DNA of 64,000 nt. It comes from Eledone cirrhosa (taxonomy: Eukaryota). Shown piece after piece: positions 23,617 to 37,400 of the stretch. Both the position numbers and the translations under genes were made by a program. The DNA lies in the NCBI GenBank assembly GCA_964016885.1, contig OZ024742.1, positions 195,424,001-195,488,000 of the forward strand, read 5' to 3'. How positions within the stretch are numbered: position 1 is the stretch's first letter; each line of letters begins with the position of its first letter. The notes beneath the pieces are model-generated. The model was given only the letters and a program-made list of their open reading frames with translations, was not told where the DNA came from and made no database searches.

Positions 23617-23689
23617 TCCAAGGGGGGTGTCCCAGCATAGCCTCAGTCGGATGGCTGGAACTGGAACAGGTAAAAGAGTAAAAAAATAT
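23496..23689 (+). mobile_element. 5S rRNA-headed SINE (SINE3-type) with a short tail
   Basis: The 5S head is fused to GTCCCAGCATAGCCTCAGTCGGATGGCTGGAAC...GTAAAAGAGTAAAA. The same tail occurs alone at 5464-5524. Confidence 0.7.
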
Positions 23690-24104
23690 AAATTTAAAGA
23701 AACTAGGAATTTTTTTAACACGCTGACGAGTATGTGTATATGTGTGTGCGTGTGTGTATGTGAATATGCATACATTTATATGTATGAGTATATAAATATA
23801 AACGTGCAAACACAGACACACTTACAAAAATACACACTCACAGACATACATTCACACAAATACATATACATTCACACAAACACACACACATACATTTACA
23901 CATACACACACATCCACATACACTCACACACAACGTAACAACCTTCCTTTTACAGACACATATATTCACACAAACACACACACACACACACACACGCACA
24001 CACACCCACACACACATTGTGTAACAAACGGACGGAAGTCGCTCAAATGTATGTACAGCCGGCGAGAAAGTGACGTCCGAATGGGTATCCTTCAAGTAAC
24101 TTAC

Positions 24105-24150
24105 CCTCCGCCTCTGGGTCTCGATTGACAGGATGGAAAATACATTGCCC
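24105..24150 (-). other. Candidate small host exon
   Basis: Minus strand CCTACAG|GGGCAATG...GGCGGAGG|GTAAGT. Perfect donor; all three frames are open; sequence is non-repetitive. Confidence 0.25.
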
Positions 24151-24441
24151 CTGTAGGCACATAGTCCATGTGTGAGGAGGTGGGAATGTAGATAGTTAGG
24201 AGGTGTTTAACTTCCAAATGAACTACTTTTATGTTGTGGACTTAAATTGGTTATATTTGTGTTGACAGACACCGAATGTTTGAGATGGGGTGGAATGTTC
24301 GCGCGATTTACTAACATTTTTATAATGTACATAAACTATATACACATATATATGTATGTAAAATGTAAACAGAAATAACAAAGCAAACGACACATTATAT
24401 TGAAATATATTAGTTTAACACTTGAAATAGCAGGAAAAGAG

Positions 24442-24477
24442 TCTTAATATTTCGGACACTAGTCCTTCATCAGAAGA
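24442..24477 (-). ncRNA. Minimal type I hammerhead ribozyme motif
   Basis: Minus strand reads TCTT-CTGATGA-A-GGAC-TAGT-GTCC-GAAA-TA-T-T-AAGA. Core, stem II and stem I are present; stem III is a short palindrome. Confidence 0.6.
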
Positions 24478-24789
24478 TAGAGTTAGAAATAAAAAATAAA
24501 ATGAAAAAGATAAAGAGTGAAAATAGGAAGGAACGAGGAAGGAACGAGGGAAAATGAGAAAAAAAGGTGGGGAAACACACACGTACATATTCAATCAGCC
24601 ATTTTGGAGATGTTTATATACAATAAAATCATGCGGTTATAGTTTTAGTTGAAGGGGACATAGTAATGTCGCAAAGTGGACACTGAATTGTGAGGATATA
24701 TGTTATTGAAACATTGAGCCCAACAAAATAGATTCTGTTTCGTATCGAGAACAAATTAAGGAACACGAATCAAGATTGTTTGGATTGTG

Positions 24790-24900
24790 TTGTGGTTATT
24801 TAGCCCCAAATCAGCTCGGATTGGGCAGAGCTATGAACTGAGAATTTTCAACCGTGCCCATCCCGCCATTTCTACATTCCATGTGTACCAATGATTTCAT
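24790..24900. mobile_element. Degenerate interspersed-repeat fragment (probable old LINE/SINE 3' end)
   Basis: TTTAGCCCCAAATCAGCTCGGATTGGGCAGAGCTATGA...CCATCCCG resembles a common octopus repeat as I recall it. Not verifiable within the window. Confidence 0.3.
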
Positions 24901-25091
24901 TATCCAATGTACCATTCCTATATCCATTGACCATATACAGGTTTACATCTGCTTATTTATTAGGTTCCTGTAGGGATTGGAAAGCTGATTATTGATTGGA
25001 AATCGACCTAATGTTTCAGACCAACAAATTTCGGTTATTCATGCAAATCACTGTACATGGTATTATAAGACAGTAACTCATGCACACACCT

Positions 25092-25211
<120 letters not shown>

Positions 25212-25421
25212 TAGATAGGAAGATATGTATGTCTATATACATGTATATATATATGTGTGTGTGGAGAGAGTATATAAAATGCGTACGTATGGATGCGTAT
25301 GTGTGAATGTATGTATTTTTGACATGTGCGGTAGTTTTCCAGCTTTCAGCGGATATTAATTAATTTTCGGGATAGAATCAGTTAATAAATGAAAACCGAA
25401 AAAAAACCACCTAACGCAGGT

Positions 25422-28400
25422 CAACAACAACAACAGTAACAACAACAATAACAACAACAGTAACAACAACAATAACAACAGTAATGATCACAACAGCAGT
25501 AGTAATAATAACAACAACAGCAGCAGTAATAATAACAACAACAACAGCAGTAATAATAACAACAATAACAGCAGCAATATTAACAACAATAACATTAATA
25601 ACAACAGCAACAGTAACAATAACAACAACAACAACAGCAGCAACAGTAACAATAACAACAACAACAACAGCAGCAACAGTAACAATAACAACAACAACAG
25701 CAGCAACAGTAAAAACAACAGCAACAGTAACAATAACAAAAACAACAGCAGCAACAGTAAAAACAACAGCAACAGTAACAATAACAACAACAACAACAGC
25801 AGCAACAGTAATAACAACAGCAACAGTAACAGTAACAACAACAACAGCAGCAACAGTAAAAACAACAGCAACAGTAACAATAACAACAACAACAACAGCA
25901 GCAACAGTAAAAACAACAGCAACAGTAACAATAACAACAACAACAGCAGCAACAGTAAAAACAACAGCAACAGTAACAATAACGACAACAACAACAGCAG
26001 CAACAGTAAGAACAACAGCAACAGTAACAATAACAACAACAACAACAGCAGCAACAGTAATAACAACAGCAACAGTAACAATAACAATAACAACAGCAGC
26101 AACAGTAATAACATCAGAACAGTAACAATAACAACAACAACAACAGCAGCAACAGTAAAAACAACAGCAACATTAGCAATAACAACAACAACAGCAGCAA
26201 CAGTAATAACATCAGAACAGTAACAATAACAACAACAACAGCAGCAACAGTAAAAACAGCAACAGTAACAACAACAACAACAACAACAGCAGCAACAGTA
26301 ATAACAACAACAACAGTAATAACAACAGCAGCAACAGTAATAACAACAGCAACAGTAACAATAACAACAACTACAACAGCAGCAACAGTAACAACAACAG
26401 CAAGAGTAACAATAACAACAACAACAACAGCAGCAACAGTAACAACAACAGCAACAGTAACAATAACAACAACTACAACAGCAGCAACAGTAACAACAAC
26501 AGCAACAGTAACAATAACAACAACAACAACAGCAGCAACAGTAACAACAACAGCAAGAGTAACAATAACAACAACAACAGCAGCAACAGTAAAAACAACA
26601 GCAACAGTAACAATAACAACAACAACAACAGCAGCAACAGTAAAAACATCAGCAACAGTAACAATAACGACAACAACAGCAGCAACAGTAAAAACAACAG
26701 CAACAGTAACAATAACAACAACAACAACAGCAGCAACAGTAATAACAACAGCAACAGTAACAATAACAACAACAACAGCAGCAACAGTAAAAACAACAGC
26801 AACAGTAACAATAACAACAACAACAGCAGCAACAGTAATAACAACAGCAACAGTAACAATAACAACAACAACACCAGCAACAGTAAAAACAACGGCAACA
26901 GTAACAATAACAACAACAACAACAGCAGCAACAGTAATAACAACAGCAACAGTAACAATAACAACAACAACACCAGCATCAGTAAAAACAACAGCAACAG
27001 TAACAATAACAACAACAACAACAGCAGCAACAGTAAAAACAACAGCAACAGTAACAATAACAACAACAACAGCAGCAACAGTAATAACAACAGCAACAGT
27101 AACAATAACAACAACAACAACAGCAGCAACAGTAATAACAACAACAACAGTAACAATAACAACAACAACAGCAGCAACAGTAATAACAACAGCAACAGTA
27201 ACATTAACAAAAACAACAGCAGCAACAGTAATAACAACAACAGTAACAATAACAACAACAACAACAACAGCAGCAACAGTAAAAACAACAGCAACAGTAA
27301 CAATAACGACAACAACAGCAGCAACAGTAAAAACAACAGCAACAGTAACAATAACAACAACAACAAAACCAGCAACAGTAATAACAACAGCAACAGTAAC
27401 AATAACAAAAACAACAGCAGCAACAGTAATAACAACAGCAACAGTAACAATAACAACAACAACACCAGCAACAGTAAAAACAACAGCAACAGTAACAATA
27501 ACAACAACAACAACAGCAGCAACAGTAATAACAACAGCAACAGTAACAATAACAACAGCAACAACAACAGCAGCAACAGTAATAACAACAGCAACAGTAA
27601 CAATAACAACAACAACAACAACAGCAACAGTAATAACAACAGCAACAGTAACAATAACAACAACAACAACAACAGCAGCAACAGTAAAAACAACAGCAAC
27701 AGTAACAACAACAACAACAACAACAGCAGCAACAGTAAAAACAACAGCAACAGTAACAATAACAACAACAACAGCAGCAACAGTAATAACAACAGCAACA
27801 GTAACAACAACAACAACAACACAGCAGCAACAGTAATAACAACAGCAACAGTAACAATAACAACAACAACAGCAGCAACAGTAATAACAACAGCAACAGC
27901 AACAGTAACAATAACAATAACAGCAGCAACAGTAATAACAACAGCAACAGTAACAATAACAGCAACAACAGCAGCAACAGTAACAACACCAACAACAACA
28001 ACAGCAGCAACAGTAATAACAACAGCAACAGTAACAATAACAACAACAACACCAGCAACAGTAAAAACAACAGCAACAGTAACAATAACAACAACAACAG
28101 CAACAACAGTAAAAACAACAGCAACAGTAACAATAACGACAACAACAACAGCAGCAACAGTAAGAACAACAGCAACAGTAACAATAACAATAACAACAGC
28201 AGCAACAGTAATAACATCAGAACAGTAACAATAACAACAACAACAACAGCAGCAACAGTAAAAACAACAGCAACATTAGCAATAACAACAACAACAGCAG
28301 CAACAGTAATAACATCAGAACAGTAACAATAACAACAACAACAGCAGCAACAGTAAAAACAGCAACAGTAACAACAACAACAACAACAACAGCAGCAACA

Positions 28401-31400
28401 GTAATAACAACAACAACAGTAATAACAACAGCAGCAACAGTAATAACAACAGCAACAGTAACAATAACAACAACTACAACAGCAGCAACAGTAACAACAA
28501 CAGCAAGAGTAACAATAACAACAACAACAACAGCAGCAACAGTAACAACAACAGCAACAGTAACAATAACAACAACTACAACAGCAGCAACAGTAACAAC
28601 AACAGCAACAGTAACAATAACAACAACAACAACAGCAGCAACAGTAACAACAACAGCAAGAGTAACAATAACAACAACAACAGCAGCAACAGTAAAAACA
28701 ACAGCAACAGTAACAATAACAACAACAACAACAGCAGCAACAGTAAAAACATCAGCAACAGTAACAATAACGACAACAACAGCAGCAACAGTAAAAACAA
28801 CAGCAACAGTAACAATAACAACAACAACAACAGCAGCAACAGTAATAACAACAGCAACAGTAACAATAACAACAACAACAGCAGCAACAGTAAAAACAAC
28901 AGCAACAGTAACAATAACAACAACAACAGCAGCAACAGTAATAACAACAGCAACAGTAACAATAACAACAACAACACCAGCAACAGTAAAAACAACGGCA
29001 ACAGTAACAATAACAACAACAACAACAGCAGCAACAGTAATAACAACAGCAACAGTAACAATAACAACAACAACACCAGCATCAGTAAAAACAACAGCAA
29101 CAGTAACAATAACAACAACAACAACAGCAGCAACAGTAAAAACAACAGCAACAGTAACAATAACAACAACAACAGCAGCAACAGTAATAACAACAGCAAC
29201 AGTAACAATAACAACAACAACAACAGCAGCAACAGTAATAACAACAACAACAGTAACAATAACAACAACAACAGCAGCAACAGTAATAACAACAGCAACA
29301 GTAACATTAACAAAAACAACAGCAGCAACAGTAATAACAACAACAGTAACAATAACAACAACAACAACAACAGCAGCAACAGTAAAAACAACAGCAACAG
29401 TAACAATAACGACAACAACAGCAGCAACAGTAAAAACAACAGCAACAGTAACAGTAACAACAACAACAGCAGCAACAGTAAAAACAACAGCAACAGTAAC
29501 AATAACAACAACAACAACAGCAGCAACAGTAAAAACAACAGCAACAGTAACAATAACAACAACAACAGCAGCAACAGTAAAAACAACAGCAACAGTAACA
29601 ATAACGACAACAACAACAGCAGCAACAGTAAGAACAACAGCAACAGTAACAATAACAACAACAACAACAGCAGCAACAGTAATAACAACAGCAACAGTAA
29701 CAATAACAATAACAACAGCAGCAACAGTAATAACATCAGAACAGTAACAATAACAACAACAACAACAGCAGCAACAGTAAAAACAACAGCAACATTAGCA
29801 ATAACAACAACAACAGCAGCAACAGTAATAACATCAGAACAGTAACAATAACAACAACAACAGCAGCAACAGTAAAAACAGCAACAGTAACAACAACAAC
29901 AACAACAACAGCAGCAACAGTAATAACAACAACAACAGTAATAACAACAGCAGCAACAGTAATAACAACAGCAACAGTAACAATAACAACAACTACAACA
30001 GCAGCAACAGTAACAACAACAGCAAGAGTAACAATAACAACAACAACAACAGCAGCAACAGTAACAACAACAGCAACAGTAACAATAACAACAACTACAA
30101 CAGCAGCAACAGTAACAACAACAGCAACAGTAACAATAACAACAACAACAACAGCAGCAACAGTAACAACAACAGCAAGAGTAACAATAACAACAACAAC
30201 AGCAGCAACAGTAAAAACAACAGCAACAGTAACAATAACAACAACAACAACAGCAGCAACAGTAAAAACATCAGCAACAGTAACAATAACGACAACAACA
30301 GCAGCAACAGTAAAAACAACAGCAACAGTAACAATAACAACAACAACAACAGCAGCAACAGTAATAACAACAGCAACAGTAACAATAACAACAACAACAG
30401 CAGCAACAGTAAAAACAACAGCAACAGTAACAATAACAACAACAACAGCAGCAACAGTAATAACAACAGCAACAGTAACAATAACAACAACAACACCAGC
30501 AACAGTAAAAACAACGGCAACAGTAACAATAACAACAACAACAACAGCAGCAACAGTAATAACAACAGCAACAGTAACAATAACAACAACAACACCAGCA
30601 TCAGTAAAAACAACAGCAACAGTAACAATAACAACAACAACAACAGCAGCAACAGTAAAAACAACAGCAACAGTAACAATAACAACAACAACAGCAGCAA
30701 CAGTAATAACAACAGCAACAGTAACAATAACAACAACAACAACAGCAGCAACAGTAATAACAACAACAACAGTAACAATAACAACAACAACAGCAGCAAC
30801 AGTAATAACAACAGCAACAGTAACATTAACAAAAACAACAGCAGCAACAGTAATAACAACAACAGTAACAATAACAACAACAACAACAACAGCAGCAACA
30901 GTAAAAACAACAGCAACAGTAACAATAACGACAACAACAGCAGCAACAGTAAAAACAACAGCAACAGTAACAATAACAACAACAACAACACCAGCAACAG
31001 TAATAACAACAGCAACAGTAACAATAACAAAAACAACAGCAGCAACAGTAATAACAACAGCAACAGTAACAATAACAACAACAACACCAGCAACAGTAAA
31101 AACAACAGCAACAGTAACAATAACAACAACAACAACAGCAGCAACAGTAATAACAACAGCAACAGTAACAATAACAACAACAACAACAACAGCAGCAACA
31201 GTAATAACAACAGCAACAGTAACAATAACAACAACAACAACAACAGCAACAGTAATAACAACAGCAACAGTAACAATAACAACAACAACAACAACAGCAG
31301 CAACAGTAAAAACAACAGCAACAGTAACAACAACAACAACAACAACAGCAGCAACAGTAAAAACAACAGCAACAGTAACAATAACAACAACAACAGCAGC

Positions 31401-34400
31401 AACAGTAATAACAACAGCAACAGTAACAACAACAACAACAACACAGCAGCAACAGTAATAACAACAGCAACAGTAACAATAACAACAACAACAGCAGCAA
31501 CAGTAATAACAACAGCAACAGCAACAGTAACAATAACAATAACAGCAGCAACAGTAATAACAACAGCAACAGTAACAATAACAGCAACAACAGCAGCAAC
31601 AGTAACAACACCAACAACAACAACAGCAGCAACAGTAATAACAACAGCAACAGTAACAATAACAACAACAACACCAGCAACAGTAAAAACAACAGCAACA
31701 GTAACAATAACAACAACAACAGCAGCAACAGTAAAAACAACAGCAACAGTAACAATAACGACAACAACAACAGCAGCAACAGTAAGAACAACAGCAACAG
31801 TAACAATAACAATAACAACAGCAGCAACAGTAATAACATCAGAACAGTAACAATAACAACAACAACAACAGCAGCAACAGTAAAAACAACAGCAACATTA
31901 GCAATAACAACAACAACAGCAGCAACAGTAATAACATCAGAACAGTAACAATAACAACAACAACAGCAGCAACAGTAAAAACAGCAACTGTAACAACAAC
32001 AACAACAACAACAGCAGCAACAGTAATAACAACAACAACAGTAATAACAACAGCAGCAACAGTAATAACAACAGCAACAGTAACAATAACAACAACTACA
32101 ACAGCAGCAACAGTAACAACAACAGCAAGAGTAACAATAACAACAACAACAACAGCAGCAACAGTAACAACAACAGCAACAGTAACAATAACAACAACTA
32201 CAACAGCAGCAACAGTAACAACAACAGCAACAGTAACAATAACAACAACAACAACAGCAGCAACAGTAACAACAACAGCAAGAGTAACAATAACAACAAC
32301 AACAGCAGCAACAGTAAAAACAACAGCAACAGTAACAATAACAACAACAACAACAGCAGCAACAGTAAAAACATCAGCAACAGTAACAATAACGACAACA
32401 ACAGCAGCAACAGTAAAAACAACAGCAACAGTAACAATAACAACAACAACAACAGCAGCAACAGTAATAACAACAGCAACAGTAACAATAACAACAACAA
32501 CAGCAGCAACAGTAAAAACAACAGCAACAGTAACAATAACAACAACAACAGCAGCAACAGTAATAACAACAGCAACAGTAACAATAACAACAACAACACC
32601 AGCAACAGTAAAAACAACGGCAACAGTAACAATAACAACAACAACAACAGCAGCAACAGTAATAACAACAGCAACAGTAACAATAACAACAACAACACCA
32701 GCATCAGTAAAAACAACAGCAACAGTAACAATAACAACAACAACAACAGCAGCAACAGTAAAAACAACAGCAACAGTAACAATAACAACAACAACAGCAG
32801 CAACAGTAATAACAAGAGCAACAGTAACAATAACAACAACAACAACAGCAGCAACAGTAATAACAACAACAACAGTAACAATAACAACAACAACAGCAGC
32901 AACAGTAATAACAACAGCAACAGTAACATTAACAAAAACAACAGCAGCAACAGTAATAACAACAACAGTAACAATAACAACAACAACAACAGCAGCAACA
33001 GTAAAAACAACAGCAACAGTAACAATAACGACAACAACAGCAGCAACAGTAAAAACAACAGCAACAGTAACAATAACAACAACAACAACATCAGCAACAG
33101 TAATAACAACAGCAACAGTAACAATAACAAAAACAACAGCAGCAACAGTAATAACAACAGCAACAGTAACAATAACAACAACAACACCAGCAACAGTAAA
33201 AACAACAGCAACAGTAACAATAACAACAACAACAACAGCAGCAACAGTAATAACAACAGCAACAGTAACAATAACAACAACAACAACAACAGCAGCAACA
33301 GTAATAACAACAGCAACAGTAACAATAACAACAACAACAACAACAGCAACAGTAATAACAACAGCAACAGTAACAATAACAACAACAACAACAACAGCAG
33401 CAACAGTAAAAACAACAGCAACAGTAACAACAACAACAACAACAACAGCAGCAACAGTAAAAACAACAGCAACAGTAACAATAACAACAACAACAGCAGC
33501 AACAGTAATAACAACAGCAACAGTAACAACAACAACAACAACAACAGCAGCAACAGTAATAACAACAGCAACAGTAACAATAACAACAACAACAGCAGCA
33601 ACAGTAATAACAACAGCAACAGCAACAGTAACAATAACAATAACAGCAGCAACAGTAATAACAACAGCAACAGTAACAATAACAGCAACAACAGCAGCAA
33701 CAGTAACAACACCAACAACAACAACAGCAGCAACAGTAATAACAACAGCAACAGTAACAATAACAACAACAACACCAGCAACAGTAAAAACAACAGCAAC
33801 AGTAACAATAACAACAACAACAACAGCAGCAACAGTAAAAACAACAGCAACAGTAACAATAACAGCAACACAGCAGCAACAGTAACAACACCAACAACAA
33901 CAACAGCAGCAACAGTAATAACAACAGCAACAGTAACAATAACAACAACAACAGCAGCAACAGTAATAACAACAGCAACAGTAACAATAACAACAACAAC
34001 ACCAGCAACAGTAAAAACAAGAGCAACAGTAACAATAACAACAACAACACCAACAACAGTAAAAACAACAGCAACAGTAACAATAACAACAACAACAGCA
34101 GCAACAGTAATAACAAGACCAACAGTAACAATAACAACAACAACAGCAGCAACAGTAATAACAAAAGCAACAGTAACAATAACAACAACAACAGCAGCAA
34201 CAGTAATAATAACAGCAACAGTAACAATAACAACAACAACAACAGCAACAGTAACAATAACAACAACAACAACAGCAGCAACAGTAATAACAAGACCAAC
34301 AGTAACAATAACAACAACAACAGCAGCAACAGTAATAACAACAGCAACAGTAACAATAACAACAACAACAGCAGCAACAGTAAAAACAACAGCAACAGTA

Positions 34401-37400
34401 ACAATAACAACAACAACAGCAGCAACAGTAAAAACAACAGCAACAGTAACAATAACAACAACAACAGCAGCAACAGTAATAACAACAGCAACAGTAACAA
34501 TAACAACAACAACAGCAGCAACAGTAAAAACAACAGCAACAGTAACAATAACAACAACAACAGCAGCAACAGTAAAAACAACAGCAACAGTAACAATAAC
34601 AACAACAACAGCAGCAACAGTAATAACAACAGCAACAGTAACAATAACAACAACGACAGCAGCAACAGTAATAACAACAGCAACAGTAACAACAACAGCA
34701 AGAGTAACAATAACAACAACAACAGCAGCAACAGTAACAACAACAGCAACAGTAACAATAACAACAACTACAACAGCAGCAACAGTAACAACAACAGCAA
34801 CAGTAACAATAACAACAACAACAACAGCAGCAACAGTAACAAGAACAGCAAGAGTAACAATAACAACAACAACAGCAGCAACAGTAAAAACAACAGCAAC
34901 AGTAACAATAACAACAACAACAACAGCAGCAACAGTAAAAACATCAGCAACAGTAACAATAACGACAACAACAGCAGCAACAGTAAAAACAAGAGCAACA
35001 GTAACAATAACAACAAAAACAACAGCAGCAACAGTAATAACAACAGCAACAGTAACAATAACAACAACAACAGCAGCAACAGTAAAAACAACAGCAACAG
35101 TAACAATAACAACAACAACAGCAGCAACAGTAATAACAACAGCAACAGTAACAATAACAACAACAACAGCAGCAACAGTAATAACAAAAGCAACAGTAAC
35201 AATAACAACAACAACAGCAGCAACAGTAATAATAACAGCAACAGTAACAATAACAACAACAACAAGAGCAACAGTAACAATAACAACAACAACAACAGCA
35301 GCAACAGTAATAACAAGACCAACAGTAACAATAACAACAACAACAGCAGCAACAGTAATAACAACAGCAACAGTAACAATAACAACAACAACAGCAGCAA
35401 CAGTAATAACAACAGCAACAGTAACAATAACAACAACAACAGCAGCAACAGTAAAAACAACAGCAACAGTAACAATAACAACAACAACAACAGCAACAGA
35501 AAAAACAACAGCAACAGTAACAATAACAACAACAACAGCAGCAACAGTAAAAACAACAGCAACAGTAACAATAACAACAACAACAGCAGCAACAGTAATA
35601 ACAACAGCAACAGTAACAATAACAACAACGACAGCAGCAACAGTAATAACAACAGCAACAGTAACAACAACAGCAAGAGTAACAATAACAACAACAACAG
35701 CAGCAACAGTAACAACAACAGCAACAGTAACAATAACAACAACTACAACAGCAGCAACAGTAACAACAACAGCAACAGTAACAATAACAACAACAACAAC
35801 AGCAGCAACAGTAACAAGAACAGCAAGAGTAACAATAACAACAACAACAGCAGCAACAGTAAAAACAACAGCAACAGTAACAATAACAACAACAACAACA
35901 GCAGCAACAGTAAAAACATCAGCAACAGTAACAATAACGACAACAACAGCAGCAACAGTAAAAACAAGAGCAACAGTAACAATAACAACAAAAACAACAG
36001 CAGCAACAGTAATAACAACAGCAACAGTAACAATAACAACAACAACAGCAGCAACAGTAAAAACAACAGCAACAGTAACAATAACAACAACAACAGCAGC
36101 AACAGTAATAACAACAGCAACAGTAACAATAACAACAACAACAGCAGCAACAGTAATAACAAAAGCAACAGTAACAATAACAACAACAACAGCAGCAACA
36201 GTAATAATAACAGCAACAGTAACAATAACAACAACAACAAGAGCAACAGTAACAATAACAACAACAACAACAGCAGCAACAGTAATAACAAGACCAACAG
36301 TAACAATAACAACAACAACAGCAGCAACAGTAATAACAACAGCAACAGTAACAATAACAACAACAACAGCAGCAACAGTAATAACAACAGCAACAGTAAC
36401 AATAACAACAACAACAGCAGCAACAGTAAAAACAACAGCAACAGTAACAATAACAACAACAACAACAGCAACAGAAAAAACAACAGCAACAGTAACAATA
36501 ACAACAACAACAGCAGCAACAGTAAAAACAACAGCAACAGTAACAATAACAACAACAACAGCAGCAACAGTAATAACAACAGCAACAGTAACAATAACAA
36601 CAACGACAGCAGCAACAGTAATAACAACAGCAACAGTAACAATAACAACAACAACAGCAGCAACAGTAAAAAAACAGCAACAGTAACATAACAACAACAG
36701 CAGCAGCAACAGTAATAACAACAGCAAGAGTAACAATAACAACAACAACAACAGCAGCAACAGTAATAACAACAGCAACAGTAACAATAACAACAACAAC
36801 AACAGCAGCAACAGTAAAAACAACAGCAACAGTAACAATAACAACAACAACAACAGCAGCAACAGTAATAACAACAGCAACAGTAACAATAACAACAACA
36901 ACAGCAGCAACAGTAATAACAACAGCAACAGTAACAATAACAACAACAACACCAGCAACAGTAAAAACAACATCAACAGTAACAATAACAACAACAACAA
37001 CAGCAGCAACAGTAATAACAACAGCAACAGTAACAATAACAACAACAACAACAACAGCAGCAACAGTAATAACAACAGCAACAGTAACAATAACAACAAC
37101 AACAACAACAGCAACAGTAATAACAACAGCAACAGTAACAATAACAACAACAACAACAACAGCAGCAACAGTAAAAACAACAGCAACAGTAACAACAACA
37201 ACAACAACAACAGCAGCAACAGTAAAAACAACAGCAACAGTAACAATAACAACAACAACAGCAGCAACAGTAATAACAACAGCAACAGTAACAACAACAA
37301 CAACAACAACAGCAGCAACAGTAATAACAACAGCAACAGTAACAATAACAACAACAACAGCAGCAACAGTAATAACAACAGCAACAGCAACAGTAACAAT

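Noticed and set aside
25411-25420. CTAACGCAG|G splice acceptor leading into the Thr frame
   Set aside because: No polypyrimidine tract, and the putative branch point is too close to the AG.
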